Positions 1-11,081 of a stretch of 64,000 bases of DNA are shown piece after piece (within the stretch, counting starts at the first letter, position 1; each line of letters opens with the position of its first letter). The DNA comes from Eukaryota sp. TZLM1-RC. Taxonomy: Eukaryota > Protista > Metamonada: BaSk clade. A model generated the notes under the pieces. It was not told the origin of the DNA and made no database searches. It saw nothing but the letters and a program-made list of their open reading frames with translations. The stretch is from NCBI GenBank assembly GCA_040285825.1, contig JAUPSS010000003.1, positions 2,294,001 through 2,358,000 on the forward strand, read 5' to 3'. Position numbers and translations under genes: made by a program.

Positions 1-64
1 CATTCAACATGCATTTTTGACCGTTTTTTTTGTATGAAAACCCTCATAAACACGCCAATTTCGT

Positions 65-355
65 TCACAAGCAGATAGCTGACCGTTTTTGTGACTTTCT
101 GCTCTTTTTCTCTGTCAGTTTCGCTTTAAGTTGACCCAGAAAATTAGCGGGTGGATTAGTACATTTTTTGATCTGATGAGAACCTGATATATGTAGTTTA
201 AGACGGGATTTGGAAGCAGTAAAGGTATGTTGGCAGCTTTTGCAGCGATTGGTTTCATGACTTCCTTCGTCGTTTCTAATGGGATGGCTTGCTACATCAT
301 AGAAGTCCAATATGTCCAACTCCGGAGAGGAGTCTATGTGTTGAATGTTACTCAT
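65..355 (-). pseudogene. BED zinc-finger fragment, probable hAT transposase N-terminus remnant
   Basis: CKSC...RLKLH...IKKC spacing resembles a BED finger; a similar finger lies inside the TIR-bounded hAT element at 44785-45000. Confidence 0.4.
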
Positions 356-479
356 ATGTGGTGGAGAGTGGACAATGGTGTTGGTGGGGTGAAGAATTAA
401 TGTTCCATTCTACTAGTTTTTTTATGCATTATGCTTTCTAATACTGACATTAATAATTAATAAAATAATAAAATTTATT

Positions 480-690
480 TATTTATTTATTTTCTACGAA
501 GAATCAAATCAAATCAAAACAATTTGAAACACGTAAAAAACAAAATTCTCCACGAAAACTCTTGATGAATCCTTATACAGCTTGGACATCATTAAACTCA
601 AGTACTTAGGAACACTTCTGTACAAAGCGAAAACGATACGATTCTTCCATAAATTCCCTGCAAAATTCTTACCACTTGAACTTATTAATT
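480..690 (-). mobile_element. 3' fragment of non-LTR retrotransposon (family C here)
   Basis: SSGKNFAGNLWKNRIVFALYRSVPKYL...VENF; the same 3' end recurs at 43451-43695 (+) and about 53390-53650 (-). Confidence 0.7.
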
Positions 691-1155
691 GAATTATTAA
701 TTTAATAACAATCAAAAATAATTCGAAAAAACGTCACACTAAAAATCGTCGCACTCGGTAACTTAGAAAATAAGGATTGAGCATGCACACCTAATTAAAT
801 TAATTCATAACTATCAGGACGAATATCATTGAACCAAGATTTCCTCCATAAAATCTTGATTTGCTTGCTGTCTAGTTAAGGTTTGTTATTCGATTGAATA
901 ACCGAGATAATCCATTAATAATGGCAAATTGAATTAGAGAACGCCATAAAAAAATATAAAATCTTTTCACTGTTTTTCTTGAACCATTTTTTGGAAGTTA
1001 TTCAAAGAAGTTTCTGCTTCATCTGATAATCTTCCATTTATCCAAAATGGGAAAGCAATAAAAACGAACTGTGTATTTCTATCAGCATTGACCTCTTCAA
1101 TATCTTTATCATATTTTCTATGTTTTTCTGTTGCTTTAAAATCAAGGGCACTCAC

Positions 1156-1753
1156 TTTTTTTAAAGACTTTTGATTTATTTAAACAAAAATGTTAAAAAC
1201 CAAAAATCTATTTCCTCAAACTCCACATCTATTATGGAAAATATACCTTCAGCCGTTTCTTCATTATGTCTTCCTAGTGATAACAACGACCTAGAAACAA
1301 GGCTATGCATCCCTCTAAAAATGGAAAATACAATTCTATTTTGCCAAAAGGTTCGGTCAAATATTCTTCCAGTTCTATTTTTGACACTAGTAGAGAAATC
1401 ATCTAGAAATGATAAAGCAGTTTTACCCAAGGTTCCAAATAAAGAAAAAACAAAAGGACACAGAAGGTATTGAGTATGTGAGTTGGAATTCAGATTCTTG
1501 ATTTTTTCTGTGTACTTGATAATTTTCGCTTCTTCAGCTCTACGTAAAGGTGAATTATAAGATTGTGCCAGTTTTTCATTTGAGCTGTTTGATACATCAG
1601 TAGATCTAGCATCAATAATAATCATTCATCCATCAAGTCCGGGAACTAGCACATCACCACGGCTGTCACCAAAAGAATTTTTGTCAGATTCATCAGCCAG
1701 ATTGGAAAGCAAATGTTCTAAAAAAAGATTCAATCCGGTAGGACTTAAACTAG
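1156..1753 (-). mobile_element. 5'-truncated non-LTR retrotransposon (family B) inserted in family A
   Basis: FKSYRIESFLEHLL...RGDVLVPG...FWQNRIVFSIF; A-rich tail; 11-bp TSD agggcactcac at 1145-1155 and 2583-2593. Confidence 0.8.
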
Positions 1754-2580
1754 TGTTGTTGTTGAACTCATATTGAATTAGTAGGTTTCTTTGTATTTCG
1801 ACTGATGACGTGATACTCATTTATGAATCAGTTTTATTAATAAACTTAGATTTCTCTCTCTCCTTCGTGTGTTCATCTGCCTAACGGCATCAATAATTAT
1901 TGGCCCTTCTTATTTCAGATGACTGATCCCTCTGTTAACCTGACGTCTCTTTCTTCCATGAAAGTTGTAAGTGTTCTTCTGTTCCTATAGGAGTGAAAGA
2001 TTTATTCTTCGGTGACTCCTAAGAAAGAGCTTGTTCCAGCAAGACTCTTGGTCGATTCTTTTCTGTTAGAGTCCTATCTCTCCAGAAATCCGACGTCTCA
2101 TCCAGTGACGATGTTCTTCTCAGACATCTACAATCTGTCGTATCGTTCGTCACGTACGAAGATTTTAGTCTGGCTATGTCAGAACTGAAGCTTGATGTCC
2201 GTATTGGTGACGTCCGAGAACGCATGTCCTGTTACCTGCGACGTTTCCTCCAGGTAAAGAGTAGGGCTTCCGGACTGAAGTTGCCAGACATAGCTTTTCT
2301 GAACCGATTTGCCAGAGGAATTCTTCCCGTAGGTCTCCAACGTTCTCATACCAACGATGCACCGGAGAATTTAACAAACCCCATATCTTCCCTCTATTGA
2401 GCCAGTACTGTATTTGTCCTCAGAAAAGTGGAAAAAAGTAGTGTTGTTGTTGAACTCATATTGAATTAGTAGGTTTCTTTGTATTTCGACTGATGACGTG
2501 ATACTCATTTATGAATCAGTTTTATTAATAAACTTAGATTTCTCTCTCTCCTTCGTGTGTTCATCTGCCTAACGGCATCA
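1754..2580 (+). mobile_element. Miniature internally deleted LTR retrotransposon (827 bp)
   Basis: 139-bp TG...CA direct repeats at 1754-1892 and 2442-2580 with no difference seen; TSD CTAG; purine tract agaaaagtggaaaaaagtag before the 3' LTR; internal gag-like ORF 2176-2400 homologous to 62810-63040. Confidence 0.9.
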
Positions 2581-4769
2581 CTAGGGCACTCACAGGATTA
2601 AGTTTTCTTCTGTGAACTAAAGTATCATTTGCAACATTACATGAGACAAAGTCAACAATAGCTTCAGAATTATCAATCCAATCACAGTATAAATCAACTC
2701 TATCATCGGAACCAAAATTATTCAGAGAAAGTGTTTCCCTCAGCAGGTACTCTTTGATACACGATATCCTTGAAGATTGTCCCATATTGAAAACAGTGTC
2801 TCTCACAGCATCACTTAATAAGGAACGATAAGTTATCAATTTAGAACAATGCAGAGCATGGTTCAAAGTGAATTGAGGTGAATTCGAACAAATACATTTT
2901 TCTTTTGATAATAATTGATTAATGGGGATATTCAACTGTAATCTCATTTTTGTTACAAATGCTTCATTAGTGGCACACAATCCAAATCTTTGTGGTACAA
3001 TAGTTACAAAAAGTGAAGAAGCTGATGACTTGTTTTCACAAACACCCTTTTCCAATAACAATGAGTGAAGATCTTGATTTAAAACAGACGAGCTGCATAT
3101 ATTATTATAAAGATCATTTTCATGCATTCCAATCGTTTCTGTAATGTTCGAAGAATTTTCTTCCAATTTAAAACATTCTTTTCTGGAATATTACCATTGA
3201 ATGATTGGAGAAAGCATCGACCCGATTTTTCCACATCAATTCTTGAAATTTCTTCATTGTATGCAAAAACAGCGAAATTTTGCGTTGTTATCAATCAATC
3301 TTCCCAATATGCAAATCTTTCGGAAAACTCAAAGATTGGGTTTCTGCATTCACCAACAAAAACATACATGGTAAGAATAGAAGCCCTCGTCCAACCTAAA
3401 CCGCCGTGACGTGGACTAAGATAAGCATGGTCTGGAATTTGGAACATTTTACATCCCAGTATTTGTGACAGAACTTTTGCACGTAACTCATTAAACTTCT
3501 GAGCCAAAGGCCTAGTGACAAAAGGATTTGTTAATCGAAATATATGATTGAAATTGGAACTAAAACACAGTCTTATAATGGTAGATTTGATGTGTTTTTG
3601 TATATGTAAATTCATCATTCGGTCAATTTTGTAGGAAAATGAGTTCATCTTTTCAAACAATTTTTTGGTAATTTCAACCTAATTTCCTAAAAACGAACCC
3701 AAACGACAAATAGCATCAATTGAATATAATTTGGCTTGAATTTTAATACCATGAACTATTGTGGAACATTTTACTCGATATTTTTAGTAAAGAGAACAAC
3801 AGAAATTTCCCTTGATCTTTATTGGCCAAATAGAATTGAGTTTTCTATTTTTTAGGGGATAATGAAGATTGTTCCTGATGCTTTGCCTTTTCTTTGATCT
3901 CACTATGAAAGACCATCTAGTTGTTTTGTTCTGGAAAAGATGTTAGTATGGGCATTTATGGACCATTATCGGTGAGCCTCGTTCTTTGCTTAATGGTTGC
4001 TTTTTTCAAGTGAATTCCATATCAAGAAATAAGAAAATTTTTTCAAAAACAAACCACAACATTTTAAAAATGACCCAAAAAGAATTCCCTGAATAATGAA
4101 TATTATCAGCTCTTTCGGAAACATTTGTGTAGTTTTGAAGGCATTGTCAGCTACTAAAAGGAAATTGGATAAGCATTGAATACACTTAATGTCGTTTGAA
4201 CGGTTGAAAAACACAATCTGTGAACATTGTATTTATTGATAATGACAAAACACTTACAAGTTAAGATATTGTCTTGTTACTTGTAATCAAATTTATTCCC
4301 AGTTGAACAATATTGTAAAATCTTCATCAGATTCGTTTTATTGCTGATTGTGAAAAGCAACAGCGAATTCAGTTCATCAACTGATCTTTGCTTCGAAGCC
4401 ATTTATTGTGTTCTGCAAATCTGAGTGGAACCGACTTTACCAATTCTTCTATTTTGTATACTGTACCAATTTTTGGAGGGCTTTTTTCTTGATATTTTCG
4501 AATGACTATTGCTATTTATTTTTCACTGATGATTGGTTTCACTGAAAAAATAAATTTAGTCAAAATCATCCAAAGACGATTAAACAAATGGTCCTAGCGT
4601 GCCATGTAGGGAAAGAGAAAATGAACAAAGGACATAGTGTTTTTAGTTTATGGAAATTGATTTTCAACGCAAACAAAACATTAAACCCAAAACCAGAACT
4701 CAATATTCTCAATACACGTATCAACATCATCAAATCTTTTAAGCGCGCGTTTTTCATACTCTATTCCTA

Positions 4770-7700
4770 ATTGTAACAGTGCTTTGGTCAACATTTCTAG
4801 AATTGCTTTAAGAATACTAAAAACAATTCCATTGTACCAGAAATTGAAGTTCAATTCTTTTCCTGCTCTTTCTTTTATTAAACTTCTGTAACCTTCAAGA
4901 AATTAAATGCCAGCTATTCCAATGTTACCAAAAAAAGAAACACCAAATGGAACCAGCTGATACTTGACATCCTCATCACGTCCTAGCTGAGATAAGGGTT
5001 CATTGTACTTTTTGATTTTGCTCTTTTCAGCAATGCAAAGTGAAGTTTCATCTTTTTTAGCAAAATCAATTGCTGAGTCTTTACAAACATCAACAATTAC
5101 AACATCAACAACATTGATCACAGACCCAGGCGTAATTAAATCAGCACGGTGTTTCCTAAAAACATTTTCATCTTCATTTTCAGATGACAACTTTAGCACA
5201 AATGGTTCAACAAAAGCTTCAATGTGATGACTTTTGCACATAGCGTATAGTTGGTATTTGACAGCATTGTGAACAACTGAGCGATATGTAATATTTCATT
5301 TGCAATTAAATAAATATTTCAGATTGATGAGCTGACCACAACGACAAATAAAATCATTTGACACACCACATGGCCACAGAAAAGACCTCATCGTGAAGGC
5401 AGTGGTCCACTGATGATCATTTAATAATGAACAATATACATTTGTAATCTGGGAAATGAGACAGCTTGAGCTACTTTACTTAAGGTCAATTAAAAAGTTT
5501 GCAAAAACGGGATTCTTTTTTTAGCCAAACTAAGACGAACAGTAAATTCTAAGTTTTCAAAAACTTTTAATATCTTTTTCTGCAATCTAGCATATGCAAA
5601 TTTCAAGGAAATCAAACTCCTGGGAGGAATTTTTCGAATATCAACAGGAAAGCATTTGGGCCATATGTGAGGACAGAGGCATTCAATTTCATTCTGCAAA
5701 GACACTCAACAGTCGCTAACACCATATTCAATTAAATTTTGTTTTTCGGGAAAACGTTTCAAAAATTCAAAAACGAAATTTTTGCCTCCGTTGATAAATG
5801 CAGCTTTACACAAATATTTAGATTTGTTAAAATTCAGGCCTCCCAGTTCTGTGGTACAAAAATATGACTGCGTAAATTGGAAGAGTTAATGTCAAGCAAA
5901 TTGGCCAAAAATTTAGTTCTTAATTCATTAAAAATTCTGCAAAATTTGAGAGATATAGATGGTGATGTTGATTGTAGGATATGAGTAAATTTCCCTGAAT
6001 AATAAATTGTGAGGAAGAAGAATGTTTTTAATATTTAAATCTGAAAGAACATTCAATTCCTCTTCACAATTATCCAAAAAAGAGGAAAATTGATTTCGAA
6101 TTTCATCAAAATTGCCTAAATAACAACCTAAAAAACGAAATCCTGATTCGAAATAATTGATAAAATGAACACTATGATCATCAATAATGAGATGCCCAGG
6201 CTCTCTACCAATCAATAAACATTTGGAAATATTTAGAGAAAGACCAATTTCATAATGGCGCTGTTGAACAATTTCAGCAATTGTTCTCAATGAATCAATT
6301 GGAGCAACTATTGATATGTCATCCATATAAGCAGTTATATGAACATCTGGAAAATCTTGTTTCATTTCACACATTAAACGATGGATAGCAAGGCAGAAAA
6401 AGAAAGGACCTAATGGATCACCTTGTTTGACACCAGATGATGATATTAGATTGAATTCATCATATACAAGAGTCGACTTTGAGCAATAAAAAATGTAAAA
6501 AAACGACCCAGCTTCTGAAAACTGAGTTTGAAGCAAGGGCAAGATGGACAACCTCTTCACTGCATTGGAAGCGTTTTTAAAATCTAAATTAAAAATACAA
6601 TTCGAAATACTTGAATTAAAAAAGACATCAGAAGAGAGTGCTGAAGAAGATGCACCATCAACTGATTTCATTCCAAATTGGAAAGGTCTAAAAAAATCTT
6701 TAGCTATATCACCAATTCTGCCAAAAACAGCCGAAGCAATAAAACGAGACACAGATTCACCAATTGCAATAGGCCTTATTTTTGATCAATCTTTTTTTGA
6801 AACAATTAAGCGTGAACTTGACATTTCAGATGGAAGCTTGATTTTTAATGTTGAAATTTTGTTGAAAAAGAAAACCAAACCATCAATGCATTCAGGACAT
6901 TGGATCATCGTGGATTTTTACATATCAAAAGTGATCATTGATGGACCAGGTGCTCTTCCAGATGGTAAGTGGTTAATCAATTTAAATAGTTCATCATTAG
7001 TTAGGGGATTTTGCTCCCAATAACTAACATTATTAGGTTTAGGACACTTAAAATCTTCAACAAAATGGAGACAGGTAAGTTGAGCAATAGTATTTTCATT
7101 ACATTTAGCAAGTTGAGATGACAACAGGCATTGCTGAGCGAAACCATAGAGTCCCTTTAAAGCTGATTTTCGAACAATATTGTCTTTCTTCATGACTGAA
7201 GGACGAAATTTTGATTTCGATGACAATAATTTTATTTATCTTCAAGTAAAAAAATTTCCATAGCGGTGTTACATCCCATATGCCTTTTTTTTAAATTGGT
7301 AGTAAATTTTCGAAAACTAATTGAAAGGGGGATGCAAGAAAGAGGACTTACCTGTGATGGAACACGTATTGGAGGCCTCAAGGAATCAACAGCTTTACAG
7401 GATACGCAAAAACGTAATGGTCGACCAGAAGAATTAATGCCCAAATTTTTAGTACAAAAGATACACTTACTATTCGGAGAATCAATGGATGAATTTACAG
7501 ATACTATTGCTGGTATTGCTTGATCAGCATTATCATCATTTATGGGTAACGAAAAGAGTAAGTGTTCCAAATCAGCAGATGCAGCAGGAGCTTTTAATTA
7601 ATTTTGTTTTATTTGAGGACTTGTTTTAACGTTATGTCCCGGTTGACAACATTTACCACAACCCTAAGAATGAACTTTTCCAGTTTTCAGTGGTATTGGT
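4770..7700 (-). mobile_element. Near-complete decayed CRE-like non-LTR retrotransposon (RT + RLE)
   Basis: LPSGRAPGPS, IRPIAIGE, LDFKNA, GVKQGDPLGPFFFCLAIH, AYMDD (5928-7226); RLE motif KHRADLI...VDVVIVD...AEKSKIKKY (4903-5241); Cys-rich motifs upstream; many stops and frameshifts. Confidence 0.85.
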
Positions 7701-10700
7701 TTCATTTTATCAGTCATTTCTATTTTGTCAACTGGTGAGTATGAAGTGAGTGTTCTGAACATTTTTCTGTTATTCGAGCCATGATTGTCATTGGCAGTAG
7801 TTTTTGCGGTTGTTCGAATTTTAAAAGGTGAAAATAGTTTTGCAGAAACAAATTTGTTGACAGAACGCGCAGCAGAACGCAAGGAACGAAATTCTAGCTT
7901 AAAAGAAGTGGAATTGATTTTTTAAATTTTTTAAATTTTTTGAATTTTTTTGTGAAAAATTTGAAGGATGTGTAAGACGATGAGATGATGAAAATGAAGT
8001 AGGAAGAAGTGACGAGGCAGTATGGGATTCACAGGTATTATTAGTAATCCTTCGTTCAACAAATTTAGCATCCCATTTTGTGTCATTGCCATCATCTGAA
8101 ACTCATCAAGAAGAGTGCTGCATCTTAGAAAAATAACAGGGATAGAAACGAAGTTGAATGGTGAGGTAGGTGGGGAAGGAAAAAAATAGTACATGTGACA
8201 TTCAATATTTAAGGATGACAAGTCTGTTTTATCAATCTTGAAATTTTCGGCCACGGACAGCGGAATGTTGTGTTGTGACAGAGCTTATGGTATAAACAAG
8301 TTATTACACAAATCAGTGGAGCCCACATCCGTAATGATAATGGTCCCATGACGTCCCTCAAGCATTAAAATTCTGCTGTTACGACTAAAAGAAAACAAAG
8401 TATATTCATCTACTAAACGAGAAAGTAGAGGTTCAAAAGAATACTCAATAAATCGGTATTTTTGGTAATATTTTCAAGCCAACAATGCACAGAACAGACA
8501 GCATCTCAGGAATGTTTAACGAAAGGATATTCAACATCAGCAGTGGTTAAACCCAATTTTATTTTTTGTAATATCGACCAATACAATATTACAATATCAC
8601 GATATCATTCATTTATCCTATTGTTTTCAATGTTTCAATATAGGACACCTTTTGCTGAAATGGATCAGTGACTTGTATTTTACCAAACAGGATAGTAATG
8701 CTCCACGAAGATCACTTTGCTTAACTCCAGAAAATAAGAATATAGTACAGATTCATTAATTAATCCCCTAGCTTCACCATAAAATATAATATAAATAGCT
8801 GGACAATTGTGGAAAGTTTGCCTGAATATCATCATGAATCGCTCTTAAACAAACTAAGGTATTTTCAAATCCCATTTAAACAACACAATTTTTATTGTTT
8901 GAATCTGAAAATCAATTAAAAACAAAGGTGGTAACCAGTGTATCGTCAATTGTTTTGATGTTGCAATACCAGAGAGCTACAAATGCCACAGCGTTCGGAT
9001 GCACACAATTGAGAACACTCAAGTAATTGATTCACCAATGGCAATTGGAGGATTTCCATCATGCTTGTTATCTTTTCCAGCTTTGATCAAGACAAACGAG
9101 CGAGCAACTGATAATTGAGTAGTATAGGTAGTTTTGAAGGCAAACAGAATTTTGCAAATAGTCTGCATTAATCTGCATATTTCTGGAGCTTTTCTACAAG
9201 CGGTTTTAAGAACAGCAGCTGAAATAATGAACAAATGATAATATTTGTCGAGAAAGTGCATGGTATTCATTTACTTGCAAAAAGCTGAAGAACTGAAAAG
9301 TGGACAAATCAATTTTGCGCAAAAAATACCAAAAAACTGTTAGATGATGGCTAATATAAACTCATGTGTAGTGACGTGGCAATAGTTTAAATTTTGTTTT
9401 TGTTAAATGATAAAGTTTTTTTGGTCATTGCAGTGGAATCCAACAATGAACTTATTGTATTTGATCCTCTTTCAGTCCCGGTACCGACACTATTCTTATT
9501 CTTGCCTTTGGTAGAGCCGTAAAATGCGTCCTGACTACCGTCCCTATCTGACCTCGCTGTCCGAAAATGATGTATGTATGTTCTTCGGAGAATTTTAAGT
9601 GTATCAGTTTGTCACTGATAGCACTAAAATGGTTTCGTCAAAACTTTCCGGGGGCCTTTCATTTTGAATTCCTTAAAGTTGTGTGAACCTAGGGTGAATT
9701 CTTCTCATAGTGTGTTGCTCAACTATTTGAAGTTCCTGAACAATTCTGCTTCCCATGAAGCTTTCAACGAGACGGTCTCTCGGTTAAAAATGACACGTAA
9801 AAATTATAAGTACCAGAACAAGAACGAACACTCCAGAAGCTTTCTGAAGGTGATGGAAAAGGCTGACTGAAAAGCCATTTTCAATTTTGTGTTGATAAAA
9901 CAATTTACCGTTGGTAATGCTTTTGTTGAATTCCTTGTCTCTCGTAGCAATGGCCAATTGATTCTTAATCTTAGAACTCTTGTACAGGTTGCTATTGATA
10001 AAATTGTTGATCATAATAGATTAGGTATGGTAAGGATCCACATGAGCTACAAATATCCGTTCAGTTTGCCAGAGATACAAAAATTGCTGCCAAACTTGCT
10101 GTATATGTCAATAGACAGTTGTGTAAATGCCCCTTTTCGCAATAATAATTTCCAAAATTACGATGCCAAAAGAGTCGCCATTGTTTACAGTATTATAGAA
10201 CTAGAAAATGTGAACACTGCCCTTTTTGCTGTTAATGAAGCAGAGTCCAGCAGCTGTGCTGACTCATGCCTTGCAAGCTTGTTGAATGCCCATGATAGTG
10301 ATTCCCCAAGAGCCGTATGGACTTGTACTCCATCTTTTAGCAAAGAATTCGCCATCATGAAAGAGGATAGATGAAGAAAAGATAGTGGTAGATCTTAAAT
10401 AACATCAAATCACGTATGATAGCTGTCACCCCATTTTCGACGTCTGGTTGCCTGTTCTGGAAGGTTTTTAACCCTCAACTTGGTTTTGGGAGGTTTCACT
10501 ATGTGGCGATTTTGCTTTCATTAATTAATAAAGCTTTTTCTTTTGTCACAACAGTGGAACCCAACATAACCATTTAACACAATATTTTTGAATGTGTAAT
10601 ATATCAGGTAAAAATAATAAACAATAATAATAGATAATAATAGATAAAATAGTAGAAACAGAATGTTTGCATTTATGACTCTATATAGTATTACATCACA

Positions 10701-11081
10701 TACAGCTCGGAAAATACATGAAACCGCAAGAGTGAGAAAATAAAAATCTGATCAATATTAAAACCAAAACCCCATGCAAGAGAAAACTAGTGTCTACACC
10801 CTTGATTCTAAATGTTGTGAAATGAGAAACATCCCTCAAACAACATCTTAATTACGCGTGAAATGATGATTGATATTTTTCCATAGAATTAAGTTTATTG
10901 CACAGGGAATGAAGAATGTTATATGAAACAAGAACATCGAAGGCTTGCTACATTGTTGGGAGGGAGGTTGGTTGTTAAGTCCTTCGTCGAGTGTTGCAAA
11001 TTTTGAAATAACCTCCCGAATTGAATCAATTTGAATTGTTTCGTGATTAAGCGAAAGACGTACATTGTTAAAAATGATTTT

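Larger units (their letters stand above)
790..3780 (-). mobile_element. Decayed CRE-like non-LTR retrotransposon (family A), split by nested insertions at 1156-2582
   Basis: RT thumb YLSPRHGGLG (3295-3660); CxC...H..C plus RLE endonuclease region GSDDRVDLYCDW...DFVSCNV (2594-3166); frame resumes as VSALDFKATEKHRKY at 1155. Confidence 0.8.
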
